NCBI GenBank assembly: GCA_963786405.1
Contig: CAWAZE010000020.1
Span: forward strand, 8,089-72,088
Length of the DNA stretch: 64,000 nt
Origin: an uncultured Acidobacteriaceae bacterium
Lineage (GTDB): Bacteria; Acidobacteriota; Terriglobia; Terriglobales; Acidobacteriaceae
Direction: 5' to 3'
The position numbers and the translations under genes are program-made. The notes under the pieces are model-generated. The model saw only the letters and a list, made by a program, of their open reading frames with translations, made no database searches and was not told the DNA's origin. Positions 30,677 through 41,792 of this stretch are shown here, piece after piece (position 1 is the first letter of the stretch; each line of letters starts with the position of its first letter).

Positions 30677-31795
30677 TCAGATGAGTTCTTCGCGGCCGGA
30701 AAGCCCCAACTCCTTCACAACCTTGCCGACATCCTGCGAGTGGTCGCGGTGCGCGATGAGCAGCGCGTCTTCGGTATCGACAATCACGAGATTCTCGACC
30801 CCGACAAGCGCTACGAACTTTTTCGGGCTATAGATGTAGTTGTTGCCGGCCTCGAACGTGAGATGGCCGTCGGATTCCGCAACGTTCCCGTCGCCATCGC
30901 CGCGCAGCCTTGTCTCCACCTGGTACTCGTAGAGCGAAGCCCACGATCCCAGATCGTTCCAGCTGAACTCCGCTGGCAGGCAATAGAGATGAGAGAGATG
31001 TTCGCCCTTTGCCGAGCGCGGCTCAATAATCGCGTAGTCCACCGAGATGTTCTCGCACTTCGGATAGTACTCGCGAAATGCTTCCTCGAACTGGGGAGTG
31101 CCGAAGGTCGCGGCAATCTTCTCAAGCAGCGGAGCGCTCTCCGGCAGATGTTCGCGCACCGCATTGGCCAGCGTGCGCGCCGACCACAGGAACATGCCTG
31201 AGTTCCAGTAGTAATTTCCGGAGGCAACAAACTCCTCAGCCCTGTTGAGATTCGGCTTTTCCGTGAACCGGCGAACATGAAGTGCGGATTCCTGCTCCGC
31301 ATCGTCTCCGGTCTCGATGTAACCGTATCCAGTCTCGGGGCGGGTGGGCTCGATGCCCAGCACAACCATGTTCTCGCCTGCCGCTGCCACGGCGATCCCC
31401 TTCTGCAGCGCCTTCAGGAAGCGCGGCTCATCGGCGATCACGTGGTCTGAAGGAAAGACTCCCAGCACCGCGTCCGGGTTCTGGCGCTCGATCAGAAGCG
31501 CGGCCAGTCCACAGGCCGGTGCGGTGTTGCGGGCCACCGGTTCCTGAATGATCTGCTCCGCGGGAACCCCTTTCAGTTGGTCGGCAATCTCAAGGGCAAG
31601 AAACTCGTTGGTGACAACCCATATCTTTTCCTGCGCGGCCAGTGGCTTGAGCCTCTCCACAGTCTGCTGAATCATCGAGCGCTCGCCGTCAAGCGCCAGC
31701 ACCTGCTTGGCCCGCGCGCGGCGGGAGCGCGGCCAGAAGCGCGTTCCGCTCCCACCTGCGAGGATCACCGGACGGAAATCAATAGGGTTCGCCAT
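30677..31795 (-). CDS. manC: mannose-1-phosphate guanylyltransferase
   Basis: [16 protein letters not shown]...[37 protein letters not shown]. Confidence 0.92.
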   Translation of the reverse strand: MANPIDFRPVILAGGSGTRFWPRSRRARAKQVLALDGERSMIQQTVERLKPLAAQEKIWVVTNEFLALEIADQLKGVPAEQIIQEPVARNTAPACGLAALLIERQNPDAVLGVFPSDHVIADEPRFLKALQKGIAVAAAGENMVVLGIEPTRPETGYGYIETGDDAEQESALHVRRFTEKPNLNRAEEFVASGNYYWNSGMFLWSARTLANAVREHLPESAPLLEKIAATFGTPQFEEAFREYYPKCENISVDYAIIEPRSAKGEHLSHLYCLPAEFSWNDLGSWASLYEYQVETRLRGDGDGNVAESDGHLTFEAGNNYIYSPKKFVALVGVENLVIVDTEDALLIAHRDHSQDVGKVVKELGLSGREELI

Positions 31796-31943
31796 GGAAG
31801 TCACATCCTACCCGACAGAAGCTAGGTTTGCACAGTGACGCACGATACTTTTTATCGCGTTGAATCCGCATCCTCGACGAGGTGCGCGTCGAGAAGTCCA
31901 GGTTCCGCCCGGCAGCAAGACCAGGGAACTGGGAAATATACTC

Positions 31944-33140
31944 CTATCCCAGCTTCCCCAGAAACTCCGCCATGCGGCGTGTCCCTTCGTCGATGTTCTG
32001 CTTTGTAACGGGATAAGAGATGCGAATGTGCTCGCCTGTGCCAAATGCCTCACCCGGCACAGTGACAACATGCGCTTCGTGGAGCAGCCGGGTGGCCAGC
32101 TCCGTTGCCGTGCGGACGCCTCCCTTGCCAAGGAAAGCCGAGATGTTCGGATATACGTAAAATGCGCCCTCGGGCTTGGTGCAGGTAACACCCGGAATCT
32201 CCGCCAATCGCGCCAGCATGTAATCGCGCAGATCGATAAACTCCGCGCGGAATTGTGCTACGCATTCCTGCGAACCCGCCAGCGCTGCAATCGCCGCCTT
32301 TTGCACAAAGCTCGTGGCATTCGAAGTCGACTGCGACTGAAGCTTGCTGAGATTGGCCACCACCGGCTTCGCAGCCAGTGCATACCCGGCACGCCATCCG
32401 GTCATCGAATAGGTCTTGGAGAGCGACCCCAGAATGACAAGGTGCTCCTTGGCCCATGTGAACGAACCGCCCGAGACAGCCTTGCCCTCATAGTTCAGAT
32501 AGACATAACACTCGTCCAGGAGCAAAAAAATACCGCGCTCGTGCGCCAGTTGCACGATCCGCTCCAGGTCCTCAGCCGACACAACCGACCCCGCCGGGTT
32601 CGATGGCGAATTGAGGATGATTGCCTTCGTGCGCGGCGTGATGGCCTTCTCGATAGCATCTGCGGTAATGCGGAAGTTCTCAGCCTCTTTGGTCTCCAGA
32701 AAGATAACCTTGCCGCCCGCATACTGAATGATGTCCTTGAAGCTGACCCAGTAAGGAACAGGCAGGATCACCTCGTCGCCGTGATCCACCAGAACCTGAA
32801 TCGTGTTGAAGAGCGCAAGCTTGCCGCCTGTGGTGAAGATCGCCTCGTCAACCGCGTAGTCCGAGCCAAAGTCACACGCGTGCCGCTCCACAATCGCCTT
32901 GCGCACATCCGGAATGCCGGGAACCACGGTGTACCGCGTGAAGTTCGCCTCGATCGCCGAAATGCCGGCGTCCTTGATGTGGCGCGGAGTGGCAAAGTGC
33001 GGCTCTCCGGCTCCGAAGTCCACAAGGTTCGCGCCCTGTGCTCGCAGTTTGGCAGCTTCCGCAGCAACTGCCATGGTTGCAGAGACTTCAATACGTCCAA
33101 TCCGGTCGGCGAAGATCTTCGAAGGAGCAGCGACAGTCAT
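31944..33140 (-). CDS. class I PLP-dependent (aspartate-type) aminotransferase
   Basis: GAGEPHF.TP, GGKLALF, NSPSNPAG, DECY, SLSKTYSMTGWRAGY, PEGAFY. Confidence 0.93.
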   Translation of the reverse strand: MTVAAPSKIFADRIGRIEVSATMAVAAEAAKLRAQGANLVDFGAGEPHFATPRHIKDAGISAIEANFTRYTVVPGIPDVRKAIVERHACDFGSDYAVDEAIFTTGGKLALFNTIQVLVDHGDEVILPVPYWVSFKDIIQYAGGKVIFLETKEAENFRITADAIEKAITPRTKAIILNSPSNPAGSVVSAEDLERIVQLAHERGIFLLLDECYVYLNYEGKAVSGGSFTWAKEHLVILGSLSKTYSMTGWRAGYALAAKPVVANLSKLQSQSTSNATSFVQKAAIAALAGSQECVAQFRAEFIDLRDYMLARLAEIPGVTCTKPEGAFYVYPNISAFLGKGGVRTATELATRLLHEAHVVTVPGEAFGTGEHIRISYPVTKQNIDEGTRRMAEFLGKLG

Positions 33141-33238
33141 AATGCCCTTATTTTACAGATTTCGCGCCCGGCGCAAAACCGCCTGCGCAATGCCGTTCAA
33201 AGGACGATCAAGGCAAACCCTGACTGGGAATTCCTGCG

Positions 33239-33937
33239 TCACGACCAGATCGAGTCGAAGGGCAGTTCCTTCTTCGTCAGCGCCATAAGCTTTTGCGACA
33301 GTTTGAACGCAGACAAGAGAATCGGTCCGCCCATCGGATCCTGCTTCAGGCTATCGATCGGCCCCTGCCCCAGATGCAGCCCGCTCGGCGTTAGCAGGTT
33401 GATCCGCACATTTCCCTTCTTTGGCTCTGGCGGCCGGCTCTGCTTCCACGGCTGGATCACCCTTACCACTGCGGTCCCTGCCTTCAGCACATCATCGATC
33501 AGCCCGTCGAACGAATCATCCTGCCGCTCCCAGAGAATGCCGCCTCCGCTGTAGGTGAAGTAACGGGCTCGGTGATCGGCATACGCGGCCACCAGATCGA
33601 GCCCCTTTGGCATTCCCACTTCAACCACCACTCCCAGCACTTCCTTCTCTTTCTCCTCGGGCGGCGTCTCGCCTGCCTCACCCAGCGAGTGCCATGCCTG
33701 CAGGCAGACGCGGGTGTCCAGATTCGGAATCTGCAGGATTTTGCGAAGAACGTTCCTGGCGCCTTCCCGGTCTTCCCCCGCGATCATGTCCCTCGCGCGT
33801 GCAAACGAGTTCCACGGCTCGGCCAATAGCGTGCCCGGCGGCGACTGTATCAGCCGCGCCAGGGGCAGATCGCCAAACAGCGTTTCCCTGATCTCCCGGT
33901 GAATCGAGTCAGGCTTTAGGCTCAAATACTCCGACAA
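33239..33937 (-). CDS. hypothetical protein
   Basis: 232-aa ORF with GGAGG RBS, co-oriented downstream of coaD; no family recognised. Confidence 0.65.
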   Translation of the reverse strand: MSEYLSLKPDSIHREIRETLFGDLPLARLIQSPPGTLLAEPWNSFARARDMIAGEDREGARNVLRKILQIPNLDTRVCLQAWHSLGEAGETPPEEKEKEVLGVVVEVGMPKGLDLVAAYADHRARYFTYSGGGILWERQDDSFDGLIDDVLKAGTAVVRVIQPWKQSRPPEPKKGNVRINLLTPSGLHLGQGPIDSLKQDPMGGPILLSAFKLSQKLMALTKKELPFDSIWS

Positions 33938-33972
33938 ATGCGCCTCCCGCGCGACCAGGGCGCTTGCACACT

Positions 33973-34458
33973 TCAGCTTGTCATCATTCGATTACGCAGC
34001 CGTTTCAGCACGTTTGGGGGAACCAGGCCAGCCACTTCGCCGCCGAAGCTGAAAACCTCCTTGAGCATACGCGAGCTGACAAACGAGTAGCGGCCCGCGG
34101 GCTGCAGGAACACGGTCTCAATCTCTGGCGCCAGACGCCGGTTCATCAACGCCATCTGGAATTCGTGCTCATAATCTGAAATCGCGCGTATGCCGCGCAA
34201 TACTGCCGTCGCACCGCGCTGGCGCGCAAAGTCGACCATCAGGCCGTCAAAGGTAGCCACAGACACGTTGCCCAGCGCAGCCGTAGACTCCGTCAGCATC
34301 TCTACGCGCTCCTCGACGGTAAACAGGGGATTCTTTACCGGATTCTTGAGAATCGCAACCGTCAGATGCTCAAAGAGCTTTGACCCGCGCTGAACTAGGT
34401 CGATGTGCCCGTTGGTCGGTGGGTCGAAGGTGCCGGGATAGAGGGCTTTCACGCTCAT
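33973..34458 (-). CDS. coaD: phosphopantetheine adenylyltransferase
   Basis: ALYPGTFDPPTNGHID, LRGIRAISDYE, VSSRMLKEV. Confidence 0.96.
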   Translation of the reverse strand: MSVKALYPGTFDPPTNGHIDLVQRGSKLFEHLTVAILKNPVKNPLFTVEERVEMLTESTAALGNVSVATFDGLMVDFARQRGATAVLRGIRAISDYEHEFQMALMNRRLAPEIETVFLQPAGRYSFVSSRMLKEVFSFGGEVAGLVPPNVLKRLRNRMMTS

Positions 34459-34540
34459 TGGGGGCAACTCATTTGCGATTCTACGGCATGGACAGAGAAA
34501 CACCGGCTCGAAGAATGTTTCGAATCGTCTCTGGAGGTAA

Positions 34541-36616
34541 TCAATTCGTGTACACCACACTCTTACTGTCATGCTCCGCAGCGCGCGACGCAACATAGAG
34601 CGACAGCACCGTGATGTCGTCAGTCTGCCCGAACCGCTGGGCGGTTTGGGCAATGTACCGCGCCGGCTCGTGACTGACCTGCTGCGTGCGTTCGAAGCCG
34701 AAAAGCTCTCCCTCCGCATTGATCGCTTCCACCACTCCGTCCGAGAGAAAGACCAGCCTGTCGCCGCGGTTGAGCCGAAATGTCATCTCCTCATATTCTG
34801 AGTCGGCGATAACACCAAGAGGCAGGCTCGGCTTCAGTTGCAGTTCACGCCCGTCGCGGTAAGGGTTCAGGTGTCCGGCATTCGCAATGGTAGCCGTACC
34901 ATCCGTGAAGATCCGGGCGCAAAGGCACGTGGCGTAACATGGCGCGCAATCAAGTTCCGGAACAGCACCCGGCGTCGACGTCGCCCCGATCAGGACACGA
35001 TTCAAATGCGACAGCACCGTTCCGGGATCGTGCGAAAGCTCGTTGCGCAAAGCGCCGACGAGTGTGCTTGAGTTCATCGCGGCCTGCAGTCCCTTGCCGC
35101 TCACGTCTCCAACCACGATCAGCAGCGAGTCATCCTTGAGAGGAAGCACCTGGAAGAAATCCCCACCGACGCCATGAACCGGCAGATAGGCGCTCTCCAG
35201 CATGAAGTTCTTGTTCGAGGGAAGCTGGGTGGGAATGAGAAGAGCCTGGACGCTTCGCGCCGCCGCGATCTCTGCAGAGGATCGCTGTTCTTCCTGGCTC
35301 ACGCGAATAAACCGGTAGAGAATCACCGCAGCCAGGCTCGCCAGAAAAATCGTGTATGCGACCGTGCCCGTGCCAAACTCAACAGGACCGAAGTGGAAGC
35401 GGTGTGACGCGAACTGCTCCGGCAGCCAGTGCCTGCTCGATGCAAAGTCGAGAATGGTGTCCGCAGAATCTGCCGTAGCGGCCAGGAAAAACGGAAGAAG
35501 CATGATGCCCGCTTCACCTTGCCCGCGACGCCACGCGCGAAAGAGGAGCACAGTAACAAGCCCGCAGAACGCGACCTCCGCGGAGACCGAAAGCACCTGG
35601 TACAGCAGACTCCCGGGCAGCAGGTACACGAGCGGCAAAAGTAGCACGGAGGCTTGAAATATCCGAATTGCACGCGTTGGCTTGCTTGCCGTGAAGCGCA
35701 GCACAAACTCAACCGTGATGGCCATGAACGCACGCCCGGTAAGAAGCGTGAAGATCCGAAAGCCCGAAGCCGACATCATCCCCAGCCCGAAGATCGCATC
35801 GGCCGTTCCTCCTGCAGCGACTGAAACGCACAAGAGCGCCATCCAGAGATATTCGGAGTGGTTGCGTTGCGCCACATAAAGCGCCGCGCCGAGGACAGCC
35901 ACGAACAGGAAAAGGAAGGTCACCGCCATCGCGGAGATCGCGTGCTCGCTCCATTCACGGCTTGTAGCCATCGCAAGCTTGTCCTGGACGTCTTCGCGTG
36001 TTCCAACCTCGACTCTCTCGAGAAGTCCGCGCCGGATGCCCGTTGTCGGACCGGCCCAGCTTCGAATCGCTAAAACGACCGGCGTTGTCCCGTCGCTGGC
36101 GAGCTGAACAGCAAATGGAGGCGATTGGTACTCCGATAGCGGCTCCGTCATCCCGCGTGTGTGTCCGGCTTCAACTCCATTCACATAGACCGTGAGTTGC
36201 CCGACCGAATTGCTCGTCACGAGCAGAAGCAGCGTCGCGCGCGAAGCGGAACTCCCCAACGCTGCAAGCTGCTGGGGCTGCAATCGAAGCCGGTACCAGC
36301 CATATCCGGAATAGGAGACGATTCCCTGCTCCGCAAAGGTCTTGCCGAGACTGACCTCCGCCCAGTCCTTGTCGTCGAAGGCGGGATCGGCCCATCTCGG
36401 GTCATCTCCCTCCTGGAACCGCCACGAGCCATCCAGATTGATGACCCCCCGTACCTCGCCTGGGGCCGGGTTGTCCGACTTGGCTGCCTGGCCGAACGCC
36501 GGCCAACTCAAAGCGCCCAGAACGGCAAAGCCAAGTACGCCGGCGCACAGGACTGCGAACGAGCGGAAGTTCAGCCGCGAGAGAGACTTCGCTGCAGTTC
36601 GCCTGATAGTGGTCAT
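34541..36616 (-). CDS. membrane sensor PP2C/SpoIIE phosphatase with N-terminal carbohydrate-binding-like domain
   Basis: LDGSWRFQEGDD..WA.P.FDD..W, GYGWYR, about 7 TM segments, VGGDFF, GDVSGKG, NAGH, SDGVVEA, DDIT. Confidence 0.88.
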   Translation of the reverse strand: MTTIRRTAAKSLSRLNFRSFAVLCAGVLGFAVLGALSWPAFGQAAKSDNPAPGEVRGVINLDGSWRFQEGDDPRWADPAFDDKDWAEVSLGKTFAEQGIVSYSGYGWYRLRLQPQQLAALGSSASRATLLLLVTSNSVGQLTVYVNGVEAGHTRGMTEPLSEYQSPPFAVQLASDGTTPVVLAIRSWAGPTTGIRRGLLERVEVGTREDVQDKLAMATSREWSEHAISAMAVTFLFLFVAVLGAALYVAQRNHSEYLWMALLCVSVAAGGTADAIFGLGMMSASGFRIFTLLTGRAFMAITVEFVLRFTASKPTRAIRIFQASVLLLPLVYLLPGSLLYQVLSVSAEVAFCGLVTVLLFRAWRRGQGEAGIMLLPFFLAATADSADTILDFASSRHWLPEQFASHRFHFGPVEFGTGTVAYTIFLASLAAVILYRFIRVSQEEQRSSAEIAAARSVQALLIPTQLPSNKNFMLESAYLPVHGVGGDFFQVLPLKDDSLLIVVGDVSGKGLQAAMNSSTLVGALRNELSHDPGTVLSHLNRVLIGATSTPGAVPELDCAPCYATCLCARIFTDGTATIANAGHLNPYRDGRELQLKPSLPLGVIADSEYEEMTFRLNRGDRLVFLSDGVVEAINAEGELFGFERTQQVSHEPARYIAQTAQRFGQTDDITVLSLYVASRAAEHDSKSVVYTN

Positions 36617-36755
36617 TCGCATACCAAGTGTAGAGCAGGAATCGGCAGATCCCTGCTCCAACCTCTTGAGCCCGAACGATGAAAAGCATATGGAAATGTA
36701 TTTGGGGAGCAAGACCGCCTCGGGAGCATCTACGACTTGCAGCCTCCTGCGGTTC

Positions 36756-37832
36756 CTATCCCCGGCGCACCTTGACCGCTTCTTTGGCTTCAGCCGGACC
36801 GGTCGCAGGCACTTCGGGCACTTCAGCCTTCGTCGCCCCGATGTTCAGCTTCTTGCGCACCTCGGCATCCATCCGGGCAAAGATGTCCTTGTTTTCCTTA
36901 AGGAAGCCGCGTGTATTCTCGCGGCCCTGCCCAATGCGCTCGCCCGCATAGCTGTACCACGCGCCGGACTTCTCCACGATGTTGTTATTCACCGCCAGAT
37001 CCAGCACATCACCCTCGCGGCTGATGCCCTCGCCGTAAAGAATGTCGAACTCGGCCTCGCGAAATGGCGCAGCAACCTTGTTCTTCACGATCTTGACCTT
37101 GGTCCTGTTTCCGGTAACCGCATCGCCTTCCTTGATGGCCGCAATGCGGCGAATATCCACGCGGACCGAAGAATAAAATTTCAGCGCGCGCCCTCCGGTC
37201 GTGGTCTCCGGGTTGCCGAACATTACGCCAATCTTCTCGCGGATCTGGTTGATGAAGATCAGCGCCGTGCGCGACTTCGAGACCGTGCCTGTAAGCTTCC
37301 GCAGCGCCTGCGACATCAGCCGTGCCTGCAGTCCGACATGCGAATCGCCCATCTCGCCGTCCAGCTCCGCCTTGGGGACCAGAGCAGCCACAGAGTCGAC
37401 AACCAGCACATCGATCGCGCCGGAACGCACCAGCGCCTCTGTGATCTCCAGCGCCTGCTCTCCGCTGTCCGGTTGCGAAACCAGCAGGTTATCGACATCC
37501 ACGCCGAGCTTCTTGGCGTATCCCGGATCCAGCGCATGCTCCGCGTCCACAAATGCCGCCAGGCCGCCCATCCGCTGGGCCTCTGCGATAATCTGCAGCG
37601 TAATCGTCGTTTTGCCAGACGACTCCGGCCCGAAGACCTCAATCACACGGCCCCGCGGGATTCCGCCCACACCCAGTGCCGCGTCGAAGCTGATGGACCC
37701 GGTGGAAATCACCGCGATGGGCAGCAGAGCTTCTTTGGACCCGAGCCGGACAATCGACCCCTTACCGAACTGCTTCTCGATCTGCGAAAGTGCTAGTTCT
37801 ACAGCTTTTGCGCGCTCATCGGCGATTGCCAT
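36756..37832 (-). CDS. recA: recombinase RecA
   Basis: [56 protein letters not shown]. Confidence 0.99.
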   Translation of the reverse strand: MAIADERAKAVELALSQIEKQFGKGSIVRLGSKEALLPIAVISTGSISFDAALGVGGIPRGRVIEVFGPESSGKTTITLQIIAEAQRMGGLAAFVDAEHALDPGYAKKLGVDVDNLLVSQPDSGEQALEITEALVRSGAIDVLVVDSVAALVPKAELDGEMGDSHVGLQARLMSQALRKLTGTVSKSRTALIFINQIREKIGVMFGNPETTTGGRALKFYSSVRVDIRRIAAIKEGDAVTGNRTKVKIVKNKVAAPFREAEFDILYGEGISREGDVLDLAVNNNIVEKSGAWYSYAGERIGQGRENTRGFLKENKDIFARMDAEVRKKLNIGATKAEVPEVPATGPAEAKEAVKVRRG

Positions 37833-38045
37833 TGGACCTGCTCCTCAGAAGTTACTCGCCTTGGCGCGGCCATGTTGGGAACGACAGAAACACGCGGCGG
37901 CTGGATTCTATTTCGTTCGGATTGTAGCAGGACGAGACACCCAAAGACAGGACAAAATAGCGAAGATATGGTGAAAGTTGATACCCCCACCCATCTGCTC
38001 TTGGTCTTCCATGAACGGCGCCCCGCCCAAGATCGGCACCCATAA

Positions 38046-39992
38046 TTAATTGGCTGGGTCGATGCGGGCAATTGTGAGCACGGTGATGTCGTCTTCCTGA
38101 CCGAAGGCTTGGGCGGCGGCGGCGATCGCGGCGGCGGATTGTGTGCTGATGGCGCGCGTGGCCTCGAATCCGAGGAGCTGGCCGGAGGAGTTTCTGGCTT
38201 CGATCACTCCATCGGAGAGCAGCGTCAGCTTGTCGCCGGGTGCGAGGTTGAAGGCGGTCTCCTGGTATTCAACGCCGGAGAGGATGCCAAGCGGCAGACC
38301 GGCGTCGAGCGCAATCTCGGATCCGCCGCGATAGGGCGACAGATGGCCGGCGTTGGCAATGGTCATCGAACCGCCGGGTTGAAGGCGCGCGCAAAGACAT
38401 GTGATAAATCCGCTGTCCTGGGTGTTGAGGACTTGTTGATTCAGGCGCGCCAGGAAGACGGCGGGGCTGAGGTCTTCGACGGCGAGCGTGCGTATGGCGC
38501 CGATGGCGAGAGCGCCTGTCATCGCGGCTTTCAGGCTTTTGCCGCTGACATCGCCGACGACGATGAGCAGGCAGCCGTCCGGCTGAGGGATGACCTGGTA
38601 AAAGTCTCCACCAACTTCCTGGGCGGGAAGGTAGGCGGCTTCCATCTGGTAACCGGCAAGCGCGGGGAGCGATGCGGGGACCAGGCGCTGCTGGATTTCG
38701 CGCGCGGCGCCGAGCTCCGCTGTTGTGCGGGCCTGTTCGCGGTTGACGCGGGAGAAGCGGAAGAAGATGACGACGGCGATGGCAAACAAGAAGAGGAGAT
38801 TGCCGAGATCGACCGGTTGAACGGGAACCGAACCGAACTGAATCGGATTGTCGAGGAAGTCGAGGTTATGCCACCCGTAAAAGATGGACACAGTGCCGAG
38901 ATCGTAAAGCGAGAGTGTGGCCGCGGGAAGCAAGCTGGGCAGAATCAGCCAACCCGCTTCCCGGTTACCGCGCAGATACCAGATGGAAAGCAGTATCGGC
39001 ATAAAAACAGCGACGGGAATAAGGATTACGGCCTCAATGAAGACGTAGGTTGCACTGGAGAAGTGACCAAGCCAGGCAAGGCAGATCAGCGCCAGAGGAA
39101 CGATCAAAAGTACCTGGTAAACGCGCCACCAGACACCAAGACGTCGTTCGCCGAAACTGAAGGTGAAGTGGATCTGGCAGATGGTGACGGCGTAGAGTAA
39201 CGGATCGGCGACGAGGAAATTTGCAGAGATCGGCAGAAGACCCGCTTGCTGGGAAAACCAGAAAAGGTCTGCGGTCCCCAACAGAAACAGGTAGAGGCCA
39301 AGCCATAGATACTCGATGCGATTCGGTTGACTGGCATAAAGGGCAAAAACGCCTGCTCCGGCGAGCACGAGCAGGAAGTTGATTGCAATGGAAGGAAGCA
39401 CCAGGTTCAGCCGGAAACTTTCGAGCGCGAGCTTCTGGTTTTCGATTGCGTCGGGTGTTCCGAGCGATGCCGAGATGAAAAGTGGGTAGCGCCATCCAGC
39501 GTAGCTCGGCGTGGCATACGTGCGCAGCGCCAGCACGAGATCTGTGCCGGGCACATTGTCCAGCATCACAGTGCGCTCGGTGGGTCGTTTAAGGTCGAAG
39601 CTCGATCGAATGCGCGGGCCCGGAATCTCAATGCCATTGGCGTAGAGTGCGTAGGCGCCGTCGCCGCCGTTTATCAGCAGCGCCAGGTCAGGATGGTTCT
39701 CATGCAGCTTGATGTGCTGCCGATACCAACGCCAGCCTGGTTGCGCCGCCCCGAGGTCGTCGAGCCGCACGATCTCCCAACCGGTGTCGTCAAAGCCTTG
39801 ATTCGCCCATGCCAGGTCGTCGCCGGCACGCGAGCGCCAACCCCTGTCAATGTCGCTGCTCCAATCCTGCGCGTGAGGGCGGTCGATGAGGGTGATTTCA
39901 GCGGAATCTGGCGGGACGGCAGGGATTTGGGCGCAGAGGATCCCGCAGGCGCCTGCCGCGAGCAGAAGGAACAGGGAAAAGAGCTTGTTCAT
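38046..39992 (-). CDS. second membrane sensor PP2C/SpoIIE phosphatase
   Basis: GWR..AGDD..WA...FDD..W, WRWYR, TM bundle, VGGDFY, GDVSGK, NAGH, SDGVIEA, EDDIT. Confidence 0.88.
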   Translation of the reverse strand: MNKLFSLFLLLAAGACGILCAQIPAVPPDSAEITLIDRPHAQDWSSDIDRGWRSRAGDDLAWANQGFDDTGWEIVRLDDLGAAQPGWRWYRQHIKLHENHPDLALLINGGDGAYALYANGIEIPGPRIRSSFDLKRPTERTVMLDNVPGTDLVLALRTYATPSYAGWRYPLFISASLGTPDAIENQKLALESFRLNLVLPSIAINFLLVLAGAGVFALYASQPNRIEYLWLGLYLFLLGTADLFWFSQQAGLLPISANFLVADPLLYAVTICQIHFTFSFGERRLGVWWRVYQVLLIVPLALICLAWLGHFSSATYVFIEAVILIPVAVFMPILLSIWYLRGNREAGWLILPSLLPAATLSLYDLGTVSIFYGWHNLDFLDNPIQFGSVPVQPVDLGNLLFLFAIAVVIFFRFSRVNREQARTTAELGAAREIQQRLVPASLPALAGYQMEAAYLPAQEVGGDFYQVIPQPDGCLLIVVGDVSGKSLKAAMTGALAIGAIRTLAVEDLSPAVFLARLNQQVLNTQDSGFITCLCARLQPGGSMTIANAGHLSPYRGGSEIALDAGLPLGILSGVEYQETAFNLAPGDKLTLLSDGVIEARNSSGQLLGFEATRAISTQSAAAIAAAAQAFGQEDDITVLTIARIDPAN

Positions 39993-40052
39993 GCCTTGCC
40001 GTGCTTATGGTAACGGGTGCCCAGGGAAGGAGCGAAAGAAAAGAATGCGGAG

Positions 40053-40346
40053 TTATTCCTGGGTTTCGTTTTCGTCCTCTTCGCCTTCGACGGAGATGCG
40101 GAGAGAGCGGAGGAAATTTACATCGTTCTTGGTGAAGGTGCCTCCGGCGGCCTCGGCGGCGGCATCAGCTTCCTCAGTCTCCTTGGAGACTTCGTTGAGG
40201 CCGATCGTGGCCTCAAGCATAAGAAGCACATCGAAGCCGTGCTTGCGTATGTCCTGAACAACGCCGGCGATCTGCTCGCTCTCGATGACCGATTCGTGGA
40301 TTGCCTCTCCGAGTTGTTGGATCAGTTCTTTCAGGCGAGATGTCAC
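40053..40346 (-). CDS. small acidic hypothetical protein
   Basis: 97 aa, GGAGG RBS, coding-like codon usage. Confidence 0.7.
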   Translation of the reverse strand: MTSRLKELIQQLGEAIHESVIESEQIAGVVQDIRKHGFDVLLMLEATIGLNEVSKETEEADAAAEAAGGTFTKNDVNFLRSLRISVEGEEDENETQE

Positions 40347-40484
40347 GATTACCTCCGGCAGGCAGCGGCCAGCGCGGGAGAGGCGCGGGGAGCGGCAAGC
40401 GATTTATATACCTTACGTCTGCAGCGAGCGGTGGGCAACTGCACGAAAGCGCCACTCGACTGTCGCTGCTAACATCATATCGGA

Positions 40485-40931
40485 GTGAGACCTGAATCGA
40501 TTGGACGGGCAGTAGGCATCGGACTGCGTGTAGCGGGACGAATGGCAGGGCAACGCATCATGGGCGAAGGCCAGCCGGGAACGGAAGCGGGCGCGCCGAA
40601 CCAGCCAACGAGCCGGGATGGAAAAGACGGGGCGTCGAGGCCTGCGGATGCTGCATCGCGCGGGCGAGTGGCTGGGCAGACTACGCGCGGAGTGGCGAGG
40701 GGCGTGGGCGGGTTTCTGCGGCCGTTTCAGCGCGTGGGCGGAAAGATCTGGCTGGAAGTTGTCGGAGTGTTCTTTTTCCTGCCGGTGCTGGTCTTCAGCC
40801 CGATTCTGTGGCGGACGAGATTCAGCTACGCGCAGGGACCGGACCATCGGACGTTCTGGGCGTCTGTGGTTGTTGTCGTCGTGTTCCTCTACCTGGGCGT
40901 GACCTCGTTCTGGCGTGCGCAGAAGAAGTAG
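40485..40931 (+). CDS. hypothetical membrane protein
   Basis: Two C-terminal TM segments, ends YLGVTSFWRA. Confidence 0.65.
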   Translation: MRPESIGRAVGIGLRVAGRMAGQRIMGEGQPGTEAGAPNQPTSRDGKDGASRPADAASRGRVAGQTTRGVARGVGGFLRPFQRVGGKIWLEVVGVFFFLPVLVFSPILWRTRFSYAQGPDHRTFWASVVVVVVFLYLGVTSFWRAQKK

Positions 40932-40934
40932 ACA

Positions 40935-41516
40935 TCATTTTTTGGGCAGGGCGGCGGCGAGGATGGAGCGGAGCTCATCGCGTTGTGGATTGGAGAGGCC
41001 AGCGAGGCTCATGCCGAAGCATGCGCCTGAGTGGAAAACGAGAACGATGATACCGTTTCCTTCGCGCCAGCTCTTGTAAACATTCCATCCAGTTTGCGAA
41101 GAGGTGCCTGCCGTGTTTCGAACCAAAATCGACTCTGAAGTAAGGTTCACAGTGCATTCCCCCTGCACGAATGGATCTTTCCGGTAGATGCGGCGTAAGC
41201 GTATCGGCCCAAGATTAAACAGGACAAATACCCATATGCCGCCGAGTAGGACGAACGGTCCAATATTCACAAGCAGTGCGTGCGTGACCGAAACGCGGCT
41301 CTCAGGTCCATTGGCCTGCGATTTCACGGCGGCCTGCTGATCTAAATCGCTGGTGCGCTGCCTACTTTTCTGAACAACTGCCCAGAGCAGCATGAGGCAA
41401 ATAAGAATGAAAACCCAAAATAGAACCACTTTGAAGACAGACCGAGAAGATGCTTTGCGCCCCAGCTTCGAGGCCTGAATGTACTCCGCTTCGCTCAGCT
41501 TGTAGGAGAATTCCAT
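40935..41516 (-). CDS. YcxB-like membrane protein
   Basis: Two TM segments followed by a soluble beta-rich domain (S.T.W......E). Confidence 0.6.
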   Translation of the reverse strand: MEFSYKLSEAEYIQASKLGRKASSRSVFKVVLFWVFILICLMLLWAVVQKSRQRTSDLDQQAAVKSQANGPESRVSVTHALLVNIGPFVLLGGIWVFVLFNLGPIRLRRIYRKDPFVQGECTVNLTSESILVRNTAGTSSQTGWNVYKSWREGNGIIVLVFHSGACFGMSLAGLSNPQRDELRSILAAALPKK

Positions 41517-41621
41517 GCTCGCAAGCCTAGCATTCCAATCGCGCTTGGGTAAGTAACTAGAGTTGTTTCAGGCTCTCCAGTGCCACAGCGCGTATTGCGA
41601 AGGCCGGCCGCTGAAAGCGAT

Positions 41622-41792
41622 TCAGGCGCGGGGCTCGGGCGGCTTGCGGATGAAGTGCCAGGCTCCGAGAGCAAGAGCCAGAACGCCCAATCCGTAGGCG
41701 AACCACGCGTAGTGGCCGGAGTGGATCTGCCATCCACGATAAAAAGCAAAGGCGGAGGCGATCAGCATAACGATTCCGCGAACCGGGTTCAT
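41622..41792 (-). CDS. small membrane protein (56 aa)
   Basis: MNPVRGIVMLIASAFAFYRGW...YGLGVLALALGAWHF; GGAG RBS. Confidence 0.6.
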   Translation of the reverse strand: MNPVRGIVMLIASAFAFYRGWQIHSGHYAWFAYGLGVLALALGAWHFIRKPPEPRA

